This document shows, one piece after another, positions 34,977 through 48,375 of a stretch of DNA of 64,000 nt. The stretch spans positions 1-64,000 of the forward strand of contig NW_013546678.1 in NCBI RefSeq assembly GCF_000760515.2. The letters are read 5' to 3'. Positions within the stretch are counted from its first letter, which is position 1; the number at the start of each line of letters is the position of its first letter. Below the pieces are notes generated by a model. It was not told the origin of the DNA. It was given only the letters and a program-made list of their open reading frames with translations, and searched no databases. The DNA is from Mitosporidium daphniae (Eukaryota). The position numbers and the translations under genes are program-made.

Positions 34977-37900
34977 ATGGCATTTCTTTGGAGTGCTGCC
35001 TTCGGGGGCTCTACCTCCTCCGCATCCAGCGATGCTGCAAATAGAGAGGTTGCATTGATTTCAATCGAAAAAATTATCGAGCGCATGAAGACGGCAAGCC
35101 AGATGGACGAGATTCGCGCTGCCATAAAGGGGCTCAAGGGTTTCTCACGCCCCTATCCACTGGAGGTCGGCTCACTCGCCATAAGACCGTTGCTGGCAAC
35201 AATAGTCGGCGCCATCCGGACAGAAGTTGAGGAGCCCGAGGCTCGTCACGGAAGACATCTTTTAGGTGCGGGTCCGCCCCCTTTTGATTCTGACGATGAT
35301 ACCTCCTTATATCCCGCTATTGATGACACCGAGACGCTGCTGGACATAATCAAGCTGCTGTATTATTTATGTAGGCCTCGGGATGCGCCGGAATTCAAAT
35401 CAAATGTCGTCCCATTTGCAGAGATTATCATGAAGGAGGAGTCCGATATTCATGCCCTGCTGCATCTGCTTTCGTTAAACCATGACCTCGAGCTACGGCA
35501 TCAACTGCTGCTATTTCTGGAACTTTTGCTGGACTATGATGCTTATCGGCTAACAGAGGTAGGCTCAGAGCCTTCCTGATATTATCAGATTTTGCTAAGC
35601 TCGCCGTTGGCTATATCCCACTTGGTGGCGCTCTTGGGCGAGCCCCAGGATATGCTCCGTGATACTGCACTCATGCTGTTGGCTAAACTGACGCAGGGAC
35701 AGCATCACGAATTGCAGAAGATTGTTGCGTTCCAAGGTGCCTTTGACAGGGCTCTCAATGTAGTCGAGAACGAAGGCGGCCTTTCTGGTTGATATCTCAA
35801 TTTTTATTGTAGGCTCTCGGGCAGTGGACGATGCATTGGCGTTGATAGGAAATTTGGTGGCCCGTAATCCCACCAACCAACGCTACTTTCGGGAAATTGG
35901 CGGTGACCAACGGCTATTGCTGCTTTTTCGGTCCACGCTTAGCGGAGCCAACTGGAATTCCCAGGAGCCGCATTTGGACAATCAAGGGCAACAAAATCGA
36001 TCTGAGCATGGCGATTTGAATGGAGAAATCGCCATTCAGCTTGGGACATTATTTCTTGGGCATATCATCTGCAAGGGGCTTTTGGTGCCGCTAGCAACAC
36101 CTAGCACCTTGCTTTCACAAAGCGCATTGGGGGTCAATGCGCCTTTACCATTTCTAACGCTGCTTTTTGATGCATTAAAAGCGTCCGTGTCGCTAGCATG
36201 GACCTCCATGACTACCAGAAGTACTACGAGCCTCAACCTTCGGCCGCTTTCATACATTCAGCCAGAGCTTATTGTGGGCGTGCTGGAAACAATCGGCCAT
36301 CTTATCTACCAACATCCGGAAAACCAGGCATATTTTTTAACCCATACGGCAGCAGGCTGGGGGTGGGATGTCCATCTTGCACTGATTGCGACTTCTCCCA
36401 TACTCTCTCTCACCGTTGCCGGAGGCGAGGCGGTAGAGCTGGCCATCAGAGACGCCGCTTTGTTTATATTTGCATCACTAGGCGATTCCTTGTTAAAGAC
36501 AATTTCACGCTGCCCAGAAAATAACACTAGCGCCATCAATGACACTGCTGTCGGCGTTCATACCAATGAGGGAATCCACGGAATTGCAGCTGATTCCGTT
36601 GGAAGCTTTTTTGAGGCAGAGGGGGGAATCCCTGGGAAGACCGTATCTGTGCCGACTCCGATCAGCATTGCTGTCCAAATCCTTGTAGAGTCAGAATGGG
36701 AAGGTAGCTCTTTGTGGCCGGTTCATTATGCCACAAATATCCTTATTGCGTATCTGCACCATGCTCAAAACAGTACTGAGCTGCGGGAATCCCTCATTCC
36801 GCTGATTGGAATTGATTCTAATCAACTTGCTGTGCCTACCCGTGGTGTAGATTCACGCTCCCGTGAAGATCTATTGCCTGCAGTTACGAACCCCAAACGG
36901 CAACACACCGTTTTTGGGAGCACTGTCTCGTTGATACATCTTGTTATGGCGAAATTTCTTCGCCCTTCGCATATCAATTTGTCAGTTCTAAAAGGGGACC
37001 CTGGTGCTCTGCGGGTCTCTCAGAAGGAGCGAGCTGGTATTGTCGTGTGCAAGTCTCTTTTCGCATTGCTGATCCACCTTGGAAACCTGCATATGGAAGC
37101 GCTTTTTGAAGCATTTGCAAGCGAACAGGGCACCGTTTCAACGGCCAACCTTCATATGCTGGTGGAATGGATTTCGCCGACTTTCGATGCAACTCTTCTC
37201 GGTGGCCTTGCTGCTTTTCTCTTTTCACAGCTGCTATATTCTGCCGCCTTATTGGATCGTCTTTGGGATAGCGAGAATCCGGAGGATCATGGGTCCCAGG
37301 CGAATAGTGTCCATCGCAGAGATGCCCACATTCTTATGGAGCTACTGCATGTCAGGGTGGGCATCGATGCTGTCGCTTCAAGGCTTGCATTGTTACAGCA
37401 GCATCTCTTTTCGCGGTTCCCAGGTCATGCTGCGGCGCTTCCTGCTTTGCTACAAGAATCCGGACCTGCGAATCCGGCGTTTCTGGATGCATCGACCGTT
37501 GAAATCATCAGACGCTCCATGGGTATGGCCGTGTTACTTATTCGTAGACGACATTCAAGAATTTCTTCGGGCTTCGCAGCGGCGGGTCCAGGCCGCACAT
37601 CAATCGACTTGTGTTTCACTACCGCGCATTCAACGCAGTCCTCGCTTGGTTGAGGAAGCCCATCTTTCTAACCTTCCACTACATGTCCGAGAAGTCTTGA
37701 GTGCTAGCGAACGGAGCACTCAGGCACTCATTGCTGCCAAGGAACAGATGATAATCGAACGCGACACGCGAATTGCGGAGCAATGTGCCGCAATTTCAGA
37801 ACAACGCGTGTTTCTGGAACAGGCGACTGAAAAGATCGCCGAACTTTCTGCGCAAATCTCTTCATTGGAGGAGTCTCGATTGAGAGTGATTTCCAAGCTT

Positions 37901-38860
37901 GAAGGTCAGCTTGAAAGTCTCACTTCATCCTACACTGCGCTAAGACGTGAACACGACCAGCTGCTGATTCTATTAACCGACCTAACCTCACCCAAAGGCA
38001 TGAGCACCATAAATGGAACGTCATTGGCGCCACTGGAAGCCTCACAGGCACCGTCAGAAAAACTCTTCAGCCCCTCACAACGTACCATGGCCAAAGAAGC
38101 GGATGCGGTAGACGCTCCTTCACCTACTCCTCAAAAGACCGGTGCATTAGCTTCTGTGATCCCTTTGTTATGGAAAATGGTGCCCACTCCCATTCAGAAC
38201 CATCTTGGCCCTGCCAAAGCCCAACATAACTCTTCTACGGATTCCAACAAGGCAATAGTGGAAACTGACACCGCCCCTATGCCTGTGTCTGTGAACGGCT
38301 CTGCCCAAAATCATATGCCCGCAAATGTGCACGCCATTGCTACACTACCGGTTAACGGCGCCGATAATTACACAGTGAACCCCGTTGCACAACAGCATCA
38401 TCTGAAAGTTATGCCCGTATCCCCCGGTCTGCAGAATGATCGCCCAATTGGTGCCCAGCCCTTTCCACTAGACCATTGTAATGGGATACATGAGCGTTTT
38501 TCCAGTTACATACCGATTGCGGAAACATCATCTTCCATCAACTACCCTGCTGGTACATACGTAGAGCCGCCCCCGCCTTCCATCGGCTATCCTGTGGGCA
38601 ACTATGTAAAACCACATCCATCCTCGGATATACATCCACATAGTGCAGCTCATGATGCATATCTTTCATTTTCCTCCCCCTTGGAACCGATGACGACGAT
38701 GCCGCCGGCAGATCAGATGCCCTCGAACAAAAATCCCGACCCAGAGCCCTACTTCAGCGCGCCCCCAGGCACGATCCACCCATACTACCTGCACATGAAC
38801 TACCACAGCGTTTCCTTTGAGGATAGCCTCGGGTTTGTGCCTCAACCCGAATCAGACTAA
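34977..38860 (+). CDS. USO1: Vesicle tether p115/Uso1 (3 introns)
   Basis: IEKIIER..RAAIKGLK, ELQKIVAFQGAFDR..ENEGG, NPTNQRYFRE; C-terminal coiled coil with EHDQLLILL. Confidence 0.85.
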
Positions 38861-38991
38861 TAGAGTGTATATTGAGATAAATTTGAAACGTATGTGTAGT
38901 TATGCAGATACATACAAAGTTGGCTGCATTTGAGGGTCTCGCTTGCGAATATTGACAAGGGGATCCTCGATTCGGATTGCTTATTTATTAG

Positions 38992-41232
38992 TTAATAGTC
39001 CAGAGACTCGTCTGCATCTTCGTTTTCAGAAGCATCCTGATCAGACTGCTCCCCAGGCTCTGCCTGTGTATTGGGTACGATTTCACCCTGTCGCCATTTT
39101 CTGGCCATTTCCAATAGCCGCATGGCAGCCGTGTTTTCTTCATGGGCATGTGCGTCTGTGGAAGACTGCGCCAATCGACCTTCTTCGTCAGATGCCTTTT
39201 TCCATTCGCCTGACTCGCTGTCAAACACTGGCCGTTTGTGATGCAGCCATTCGATAGGCCGGTTTTGGGCAGCCTCGTGAGCAATGTATGCGTCAATAAT
39301 TTGGGCCAGCGCTTCATATGTTGGGGTGGCTTCCTCCGCCTCAAAGTGGGCGAGCGCGCGTTCCCAAGTGCCGGGCTCCAACATACATAGTGCAAGCCAG
39401 GGTTCAGCATCATATGGTGCCAACGAAATCCAACGCCCAAGCAGTCCAATCTGCTCTTTAGGCGCCGTTTCGGAAAACTTAAGTGCCGCCCGGATCAACT
39501 CAATCGAGGATGACGGTGTTGCGTGTTGTGCAGCGTCAATAGCGATTTGTAGAAGCGACTTGGCCCGTTTGGTGTCCCCAAGAGCCTCCTCTAATGAGGC
39601 CCAGCTGAGCCACGCCTCATGCGCATCTGGGCGCCACAGGACCCAACGTTCATATAGCTTCCGTGCCCTATCAAATTCCTTCATCTTGAGCTCAATGTTG
39701 ATATATGCGTTAAATAGAGACCGACGCGGGGTCCGGCCTACGGCCACCCCCAGAATGCGCCGTGCCCTTGCGATGTTTCCATCTCGTATGAGCGCCTTTG
39801 CTAGCATGGTCCAGAGCTTGGAAAAAGACCATCCCGCATTGAGCGGTATTGTGTTGATTGCGCGCTCCAAAATGGCAATGGCATCCTTATTGCAGGTAAA
39901 GTCCAGCTCTGTCCACACGGCATAATAGATCCACAGATAAATATACCTACACTAGTCAGTGATAGCTCCATCATACCTGCGCCAGTATTGCTTCTCCAAA
40001 GAAAGAGGCACCATTGCTACAGCCCGTTCAAAAAGCAGCTGCACCGTCATCTGGTTGTGTGCGGAAAGCATTGATCCGACCGTTTGCGAGGGCCCCGCTT
40101 TGATGTCAGATTGGGGCTCAACGGTGGTATCATGGCCGGGCGTTGGCATTGCCAGCAGTGGAGGCATGGCCGCAAGCTCTTGTTCTAGCCATATCCGCTC
40201 AAACCATGTGTCATATGCATGCGGATTGGCCTCTAGCTCTTGCTCGTACAGCTTGGCGCGGCTCTCCAGCACAACTCGCTCTGTTTCTTCTGCGGTTCCA
40301 AACTGCTTTTCAAACTGCGTATATCTTGTGAAGAGAGGCCCCGCAGCGGCTTGTGGAAGTGTGGTAAGCGCCCGCTGGAAAACTCGACGCGCGCTCTCGT
40401 GGTCACCTCGCCGAATTTCGAATTTGGCAAAAGCAGTGAAAAGCTTTGGCGCAGCCCGGTCGCCTAACGAGCCAATTGCCTCTTCATAAAGAGCCCTAGA
40501 ATTCTCGATGGCTCCAAGAGACTCTTCCCACTTGGCTGCATCGATCCATATATCCGAGTCCGTGGGAAACCGCTTTAACATGCGTCCATAAATGGCTCGC
40601 GCTCGTCCGGTCTCTTTGTAGCGCATTTCCAGCTTGATGTAGGACAGAAATGCAGCAGATGGCGGTTGCCAACCTTCAATCCAGCGCTCAAAGATTGCTC
40701 GCGCACCGTCGATGTTCTGAAGCTTTTCCTCAAAGTACGCCCACTTGTACCAGAATTGGTCGATGCGTGGAAGCAAAGAAACTGCTCGATTCCACACATT
40801 TCTTGTGTGCTGGATGTTGCCGACTTTCATTTCCATTTCAGCATACTTGAGCCAGATGACGGGATTGCGATAGTCCACCTCGAGCACGCGCTCGTAAAGG
40901 GACCTGGCCCGTGCGCGCTCCTCCATCTTTTCCTCCCAAGCGGCATACTTGAGCCATGTACCGATGGAATTTCTGTTTCTTCTAAGGGCATCCTCAAAGC
41001 CCTTTCTTTTTACATGAAGCTGGTCTGCAGATTCCTGCAAAGACTCGGCATCGAGACTGCGCTTCTGAGCCAACTGGCGAATAGTGGGCTCTGAACGCTC
41101 TGTGGCTTCTCGGAGCAGCTGCTCTGCAGTTATTTGGATATCTGCAGGGGCCTTGTTCTTGACGCGACTCCCTCTCGATGCAATCAGACGATCCGAATTG
41201 GAGGAGAACTTTGCATACGAATAAGTGTCCAT
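38992..41232 (-). CDS. CLF1: Crooked-neck/Clf1 splicing factor (HAT repeats; 30-nt intron)
   Basis: [30 protein letters not shown] and KQYWRR|YIYLWI. Confidence 0.93.
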
Positions 41233-41390
41233 CGGCAAGTTTAAAAGTGGCACCGGGTTTAATGCGCTAATTATTTAATTTTTATTTTAAATTGGCCTCA
41301 ATTTTTGTTAACTCAACTTGATGCAGCCACCAAGGACACTAAAAATTTCACATTCGCAAATTAACAATTGACCGTTTGTGTGTAGGCGCC

Positions 41391-43868
41391 CTAATTATGC
41401 GAGCCGAGCCTCAAAATGTCCTCCTCTGTCCACAACGAAGAGCCAAGCTGAGCCTCTCTCGGAAGTGGCTGTGCAATACCTTTGAAGAATTTTCGTATCA
41501 GCGAAAGTGCAGAATCGGTACACAATCCGTTTTGGGAATCTGGCATTGCTCTTCCCATCCATAGAGGCAATTTTTGCCTCTGATCTGCCCGTGCATACCT
41601 CTTGTCGGCAAGTATCATCACACCATAGTCTTTTTTTCCTCGGAGCACACGGCCTACGTGTAAGAGGGGGTGAAAAGATACCTAAACATTGCGCGGCTTG
41701 CCTCAGTGCGTCAAAGGATAGAAAGTCTCCCTCGCTGATTCCGACCCTATCCCGTAAAAAAGAGAGTCTAGCGCGTAGGGTTCTGCTTTCTGTATATTGG
41801 AAAGGCATTCCGACCATCAATACGGTGCGTCCATATGGACCGTCAAAGTCAACGCCTTCTGAGACCTTTCCTCTGGCAACGCTCAACAGCACAGCTCCAC
41901 GTCCGTTTTCGCAGGCCTATAAAAAGAAGGCAGTACTTACTTGACGATAGCGCATAAGGGCCTCCGCAGTGGCACTCCCGGACTCCTCTTCGACGAAAAT
42001 CAATTTTTGTACTTTTGCAAATATTCCCAATTCATTCCATGAAGCTATCATTTTTGACATGTACAAATAGGATGGAAAGAACACCACCAACCCATCTGGA
42101 GTGACAGAAGAAACTGCTATCAGGAGCTGTCCATAGTTTCGCACAATAGAGGGATCATGCCGTGTGGAAAACCTTGAAGAAAGAGGTAGCTGGTCCGATC
42201 CCCTTGTTACGGATAAAAGCAAAAAAGAGGGCCTCGTCAGTGAGATTTCCAGCGATTCTGCAAGCGCAGGCCTAAACCCAAGAAGCCTTGGAAACATCGT
42301 AAGGGGAGAAAGTGTCCCGGACGTGATTAACACGGACGAGAATTTCTCAAAAATTGGCCTCATCGCTATAGTAGCATCGAGACAGCTCAAAAATAAAACG
42401 GGAACTGTATTTTCACCCAAAGTTTCCACGTCAACGGGGTCAAAGAAAATTAGAAAGGTCCCCTGCTCTTTCCCATACGTGCTCATAATGGATGCAAAGA
42501 GCGCTGTCTTTTGAAGAGAGCCCATGTACTCCAAATGCGTTGATTCAAGCGAACGAACCAAAGAGGAAAGTCTTTCGGCCAAAAACCTGAACTCAAAATA
42601 AAAGACTTACTGCATTGGCTTTGCTTCTATCATAGAGATCTCCTTGGCGGCGAGCATAAAAGACAGTGGCGTTTCAGTGGTTGGGCTGCGACCTTTCATA
42701 ATGGTCTTTAGATATTCGACCCATCTCCTAAGAAGGCCTAGGAAATGCTCTGCCTTCCGCAGGTTTCCCGGTAAAACCTCATCCAGAAGATTATCTGGAA
42801 TTCCTATGGATCAAAGAAATCGATACGAAACCTGAGCCAATAAGAAGGTCGGTCAAAGGGAGATTTTGAGCATTGTTGGCTTGGCGTAAGCCCATTATTA
42901 AGCGATTATAGTCCTCCGTGAGCTTTTGGAGATCTGTTTCTTTTTTTTCCTGCACACGCTGCAGAAGCGCATTAATTGCTCTCGTGGAATTATCCAATGT
43001 CCATGGTGTGATTTTGACCGACAAACCCTCAATGCACACCTGGTCAATATTATGGGCCTCATCGAAAATCACAATCGATTCCTTCGGCAAATCCTTACAT
43101 ACCAAGTCAGATATTTTTGGGTCAAGGAGATAAGGATATCCAAAGATGACAATGTTAGCCTCAAGCAGCGCTTTTCTGGCTAAAAAATAAGGGCAAAGCC
43201 CTTTGGATGTGCAAATTTCTTTCAGAGAACTAAGCGTATATACATTTGGCCTTTCCAATAAAGATCCGACTCCATCGGCTGAAAGAAGTTCCAGATTTTC
43301 AAAATAGTCGCATTTTGGCGAATTAGCAGACGCTCTGGCCCAACTTGCTGTCCGTTCGTGGCATTTCCCATCAATTATCCGACCAATGGGAACGGCAAAC
43401 CGGTCTCCTTCATTTGAAAGTTGAGAGGAAGATGATTGGACATCACTATTAATGCACAGATTTTTTCTAGAACTCAGTCCTATTCCAAGGAAATCCGATA
43501 GGCCAGGATGGGGAATCGGCTCGGTTTTCTAGAGCTATGTGAGAAGCTACTAAGCATACCAGCCGATATTGGATGATGTTTTTCAGCTCCTCCAATGCCT
43601 TATCGATTTCTGGAACTGTTCTAGTGCAGTAGATGATCTTTGCGACTTTCTCTGGATAGTCCAGGTGATATGAAACGACCAAAGATAGAATTGCGGCCGT
43701 TTTTCCTGTCCCCGAAGGCATCTCAATCAAGCCGTGACCCTAAAGTATTACGACGCACGCTACCTTTGCATCTAAGACCCTCTTGAGAGAGCACATATAT
43801 TTATATTGTTCGGGGTATATGGTTTCATAGGGGAAATATATATCAAGCTCGTCGATTTTGAATTTCAT
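41391..43868 (-). CDS. RAD3: TFIIH helicase XPD/Rad3 (6 introns, 24-31 nt)
   Basis: [55 protein letters not shown] and ADKRY. Confidence 0.95.
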
Positions 43869-43885
43869 AAAAAATGAACAATTTA

Positions 43886-44404
<519 letters not shown>

Positions 44405-44756
44405 GCACAAATAAAAGAAGCAAAACTAAAAAATGAAATTTAGTGCTGACGAATTCGGTGTATAAATTTTCGTTTAGGGGGAGCCTTTTATTATGCTGAC
44501 CCTTTGTATCGCCAACCTGATGGGCTTTTTTAAAAAGAAACTCCATCCTACCGTTGCCAAAACATAAATTATTTGAAAATTCGCGCACCAAACGTCTTAT
44601 CGATTGAACCAAATTGTGGTGCATTTATGGGCATAAATGAAACAAAAATTAAATCAATTTTAGTTGCGCTGAATTTCTTCAGCTACCAATGAACGATCCA
44701 CTTTATGGTAAGAAAAAGTGAATTGCCTTGGTAAAAACTTTAATAGCGAGAAGAAA

Positions 44757-45483
44757 TTAATATAGACGAATGGGTTTTCCCATAGAAGACTTGAGGAAAA
44801 CGGAGCCAATATTTTGCCATCCCTTTTTAAGCAGGGAGACAAGGTAGTTGGTCGACAACATCACGTTTGCAACAAGCTCTTCTTCAGACATCTCAACAGT
44901 TCCAACAGCAATTCCGAGACACGGGCTCTTTTTGTATTGGAATTTGACGGTTGCGCGGAGCTCTTGGACTTTTTCGGCAATTTTGTCGGCATGGGAAATT
45001 GGGGTGGGAAACTTTCCTGCCTTGTTGAGACCAGGACCTAGCAGCTTTGGAATTTGTTTGATGACAACATCACTAGAAAGGAATGCATCGAAAGACTTTG
45101 CAAGCTTTTTGACTTCCTTCTTGTCTTTGTTGAGCTTCTTGAGATCATCAACAGATCGGAAGGGGATGCCGAGAGCCTTTGCTTGATCGCAATGCAAAGC
45201 ATCACCGAGAACACAGACGGTGAGATTTGGGCGAGAAACGTTTGGAAGCTTGATGCTACCTCCAAAACGCTTGTCACGGTTGGGGTCATAGCTTTTAAGC
45301 CCATATTGGACCTCAACAGACTCGATAAAATTTCTCTTCGTCTCGGGGTCGTTGGAGCTGGAAAGCACAGTATTTATGGAAGTGCGAACTGTAGCAACAG
45401 ATACTTTTGAACTACGAAAGTAAGTATGATGGATGCAATGGGGAGAGAAAAATTAGGAGTAATGTCCAGGATGCCTACCTCAT
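44757..45483 (-). CDS. RPL1: 60S ribosomal protein uL1 (intron 45412-45478)
   Basis: KRNFIESVEVQYGLKSYDPNRDKRFGG, LLGPGLNKAGKFP and LKKGWQN..SMGKPIRLY. Confidence 0.95.
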
Positions 45484-45527
45484 TGAAAATAAACTTAAAA
45501 TTTAAAAGTTCTTTTTATTTAAAAAGT

Positions 45528-46063
45528 ATGTCGACTGTGTCTTCGCCATCCGCCCCCATAAGTGGTGCTATTTCTGGCAGAACGCTTTACCTTAAAAATC
45601 TGAATGACAAAATCAAAAAACAAAGTACATTACCAATGCTAACCCCTAGCTTTAAAGAGACATCTTTATGCTTTATTTATGTCTTATGGCCGGGTTGTCG
45701 ACATTGTGGCTCTGAAAACGATGAAAATGCGAGGACAAGCCTTCATTGTGTTTGAAGATCAAGTGGCATCGGCGCTTGCTCTAAAATCGCTTCAAGGGTT
45801 TTCGTTTTTTGGAAAGCCTTTGGTAAACTTTGCTTGGTTTATTTTTGATAGAGAATCTCATATTCCAAATCCATTAGCAAGTCCGACCCAGATTTTGTGC
45901 TATTCCAGCAGGAGGAAAAAGAGGATGGTCATTTTGATAAAAAAAGTACCTTTTTTTCACTTATAAAGCAGGGAAGATTGATTTCTCAGATGACGTATCG
46001 GCAAACACACAGCCCGAGTCCCAGGAGTCTGATGACAGCGAAGGCGACAAAAGTGACCATTAG
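45528..46063 (+). CDS. U1A/U2B''-family single-RRM snRNP protein
   Basis: TLYLKNLNDKIKK, YGRVVDIVALKTMKMRGQAFIVF and QGFSFFGKPL|RISYSKS. Confidence 0.88.
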
Positions 46064-46239
46064 CGGTGGCAAATCGATACATGTAGATGCAAATAAACTT
46101 TATTTTTTATTCTTTTGCTCTGAGAAGAGGAAGAACCATTCGGCCTCCGATGTTGAACCCGCACTGATAGAATACTCCTTTGATAAAGGGAGATGCTATG
46201 AATAAGAGACACCATTTCAGCCAGTATTTAGCGTCTGAG

Positions 46240-46488
46240 TTATTTTTTCGGTGATTCATTCTCAAAAAGGATTGTTCTCACACCACAACTAATAAATCCA
46301 GTAATAAAAGGGATTAAAATAAAGGAAAGAACAGCGGATGGTGCGTCAGATAAAAGCTGCTTGGTAGCGTGTGTGATTTGTGCAAAAAACAGAAAAAAAC
46401 TGCCAACGGGGCAAGGAGATCGCGGTTGATTGTCTTTGTTCTTCTTTAGCGCCAATGAAGAATCGGAAACAATCGCTTCTTGCAGCAT
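46240..46488 (-). CDS. Small single-TM protein, possibly Mim1-like
   Basis: Short ORF divergent from the next gene. Hydrophobic SFILIPFITGF loosely resembles the Mim1 LPFINGF motif. Confidence 0.3.
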   Translation of the reverse strand: MLQEAIVSDSSLALKKNKDNQPRSPCPVGSFFLFFAQITHATKQLLSDAPSAVLSFILIPFITGFISCGVRTILFENESPKK

Positions 46489-46536
46489 TAAAAAGTGCAA
46501 TTTAATCAATTTGAAAAATTTTAAATTAAAATTTAC

Positions 46537-47448
46537 ATGATCACACCCAGGGCTCCCTTGTTGTTTTCCCTGTTCCGTCACTCTGTGCCAAACACAAGGT
46601 GTTCATATTTTCGCAATCATGTGGACCTCCAAAATTTCTATTCGCAATATTTGCGATCCTTTGTTTCTTCGTCCAGAAGTGAAGAGCATGGAGAAATAAC
46701 CACCTCCCCAGGTGAAACACTCATCCCTATGGAGGGCGTTCATACCATTGTAAATAGCGAAAATCTTTCCAACTATTCAGCCCAAAATACTGCTAAAGAA
46801 GATTTCTCTGGTAAAAAAAATTGGACTGGCACCATCGATACGCAGGCTTTAATTGATGCACTTTCTTTGCAATTTACCACGGCTCAGGCGGAGGCCCTGG
46901 TTGTGGTCATGCAAGATATTGTCCGAGAAAAGCTTTCAACCGGAGTGATCTCAAAACAGCAAATAGATACCGACTCCCAAATGCTTAAAGCGCGATGTCA
47001 TGAGATTAGGTTGGATCTTCAAATCCAGCAATCAAAAAATGCCACTGCAAGGAAAGCGTTGCACGAGCGGTGTACAAATGAAATCCAGTCGACCATTGAA
47101 AAGCTTCGAGATGGCGTCGATATGTTGCAGTCTGATGCCAGAATGCGGCTTTCGCTTTTCAAGAGTGAAAATAGAGAGGAACTCTCAAAAATTGACTCAT
47201 CCGTGCACCATGAAAATTCACAGCTTGCCTTACAAATTTCGGACATCAAGACATTTATGGAGGGCGTCAAAGTACGCCTTATGTTCAAGTTTACGATCTT
47301 TCTAATCTTTGCTCTGTTGGCTCTTGTCCTGGAAAAAAATATCAAGAAGAGCAGATTGGATACACCGAGCAAAAGGCCATCTGTGGAGTCATCAAATGGC
47401 TCTTCACAGCCCGATGTGCTTCCCACAACGGATGAGTTACTTTTATGA
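46537..47448 (+). CDS. CCDC90/MCUR1/Fmp32-like mitochondrial coiled-coil protein (DUF1640)
   Basis: Arg/Ser-rich presequence, DTQALIDAL..FTTAQAEALV, coiled coil and C-terminal TM. Confidence 0.75.
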   Translation: MITPRAPLLFSLFRHSVPNTRCSYFRNHVDLQNFYSQYLRSFVSSSRSEEHGEITTSPGETLIPMEGVHTIVNSENLSNYSAQNTAKEDFSGKKNWTGTIDTQALIDALSLQFTTAQAEALVVVMQDIVREKLSTGVISKQQIDTDSQMLKARCHEIRLDLQIQQSKNATARKALHERCTNEIQSTIEKLRDGVDMLQSDARMRLSLFKSENREELSKIDSSVHHENSQLALQISDIKTFMEGVKVRLMFKFTIFLIFALLALVLEKNIKKSRLDTPSKRPSVESSNGSSQPDVLPTTDELLL

Positions 47449-47733
47449 GTCTATATGCGATTTTTCCGGTCATGGCGCGATAGCATGCATCACTTATGGC
47501 TCTGTGAAGACTATTTTTGATGCTTGGAGATTTTGCCGGCATACAATAGTTGTAACCCCGAAATTTCTACGGCCGTTAAGACAAAGGAAGTTTTTTAAAC
47601 ATCAAAACATGCTAAAAACATAAATTTGGACTGGGTTAGAGCACACATGATATAGTGTATGGGCTGTATGTATATCGATGTGCTAGATTAAAGATCGAGT
47701 CTCGAAGAGTGATGTTAAAATACTTTATTGGGC

Positions 47734-48324
47734 TTACATAAATCCAATCTATAAAATATAAGCAACGAGGAGGATAGATACCTTGTAGGCAATATCTGCT
47801 GCATCGGTACTGGGGCTGAGGCGGACATAAGCCTTCTTGATGCCATCAGGGCTAAAAATAAGAAAATGGTCTTACCGAATCAAAGTATTGATTTTAATTG
47901 GTGTGAACTCATACAGTGTCTTCAGCGCACGTTTGATCTGGTGCTTTGAGGCGCGGACATCGCAAAGAAAAACAAGAGTGTTGTTCTCCTCCATTTTTCG
48001 AATTGCAGACTCGGTGCAAAGGGGAGATCGGATTATGGCATGTGCATCCATGGAGTTTTTCTTTGGAATGGCTTTGCGAACATACTTAGGAGTACGCGGC
48101 AGACGAAGTGTCTTTGGGCGATAGAAGTGGGTGGATGTTCTGATTTTCTTTGTTGCCTTTGAAGCAACACCCTTAAGTGCAGCCTTCCTAGATGCAAGTG
48201 CTGTTTTCTTGGCTGCAGATGATGCTATCGAGAATTAGGGTAAAATACGTCGTTTTAGGATGGATGATAATCAAACAGAGGAGAAAGACTTACCAGTGCT
48301 AGGCTTGGAGTATGCGGAAGACAT
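47734..48324 (-). CDS. RPL25: 60S ribosomal protein uL23 (3 introns); absent from the ORF track
   Basis: [38 protein letters not shown] and [17 protein letters not shown]. Confidence 0.93.
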
Positions 48325-48375
48325 TAAATTTCTAAAGTTTAGTAAATTTTAAAAATTGAATTTTTTACTTCCTTA

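Noticed and set aside
44483..44491. U5 loop-like GCCTTTTAT
   Set aside because: Flanks do not form the U5 stem.
47465..47590. Hairpin-ATACAA-hairpin-ACA pattern
   Set aside because: Boxes are present but there is no convincing pseudouridylation pocket; cannot be distinguished from chance.
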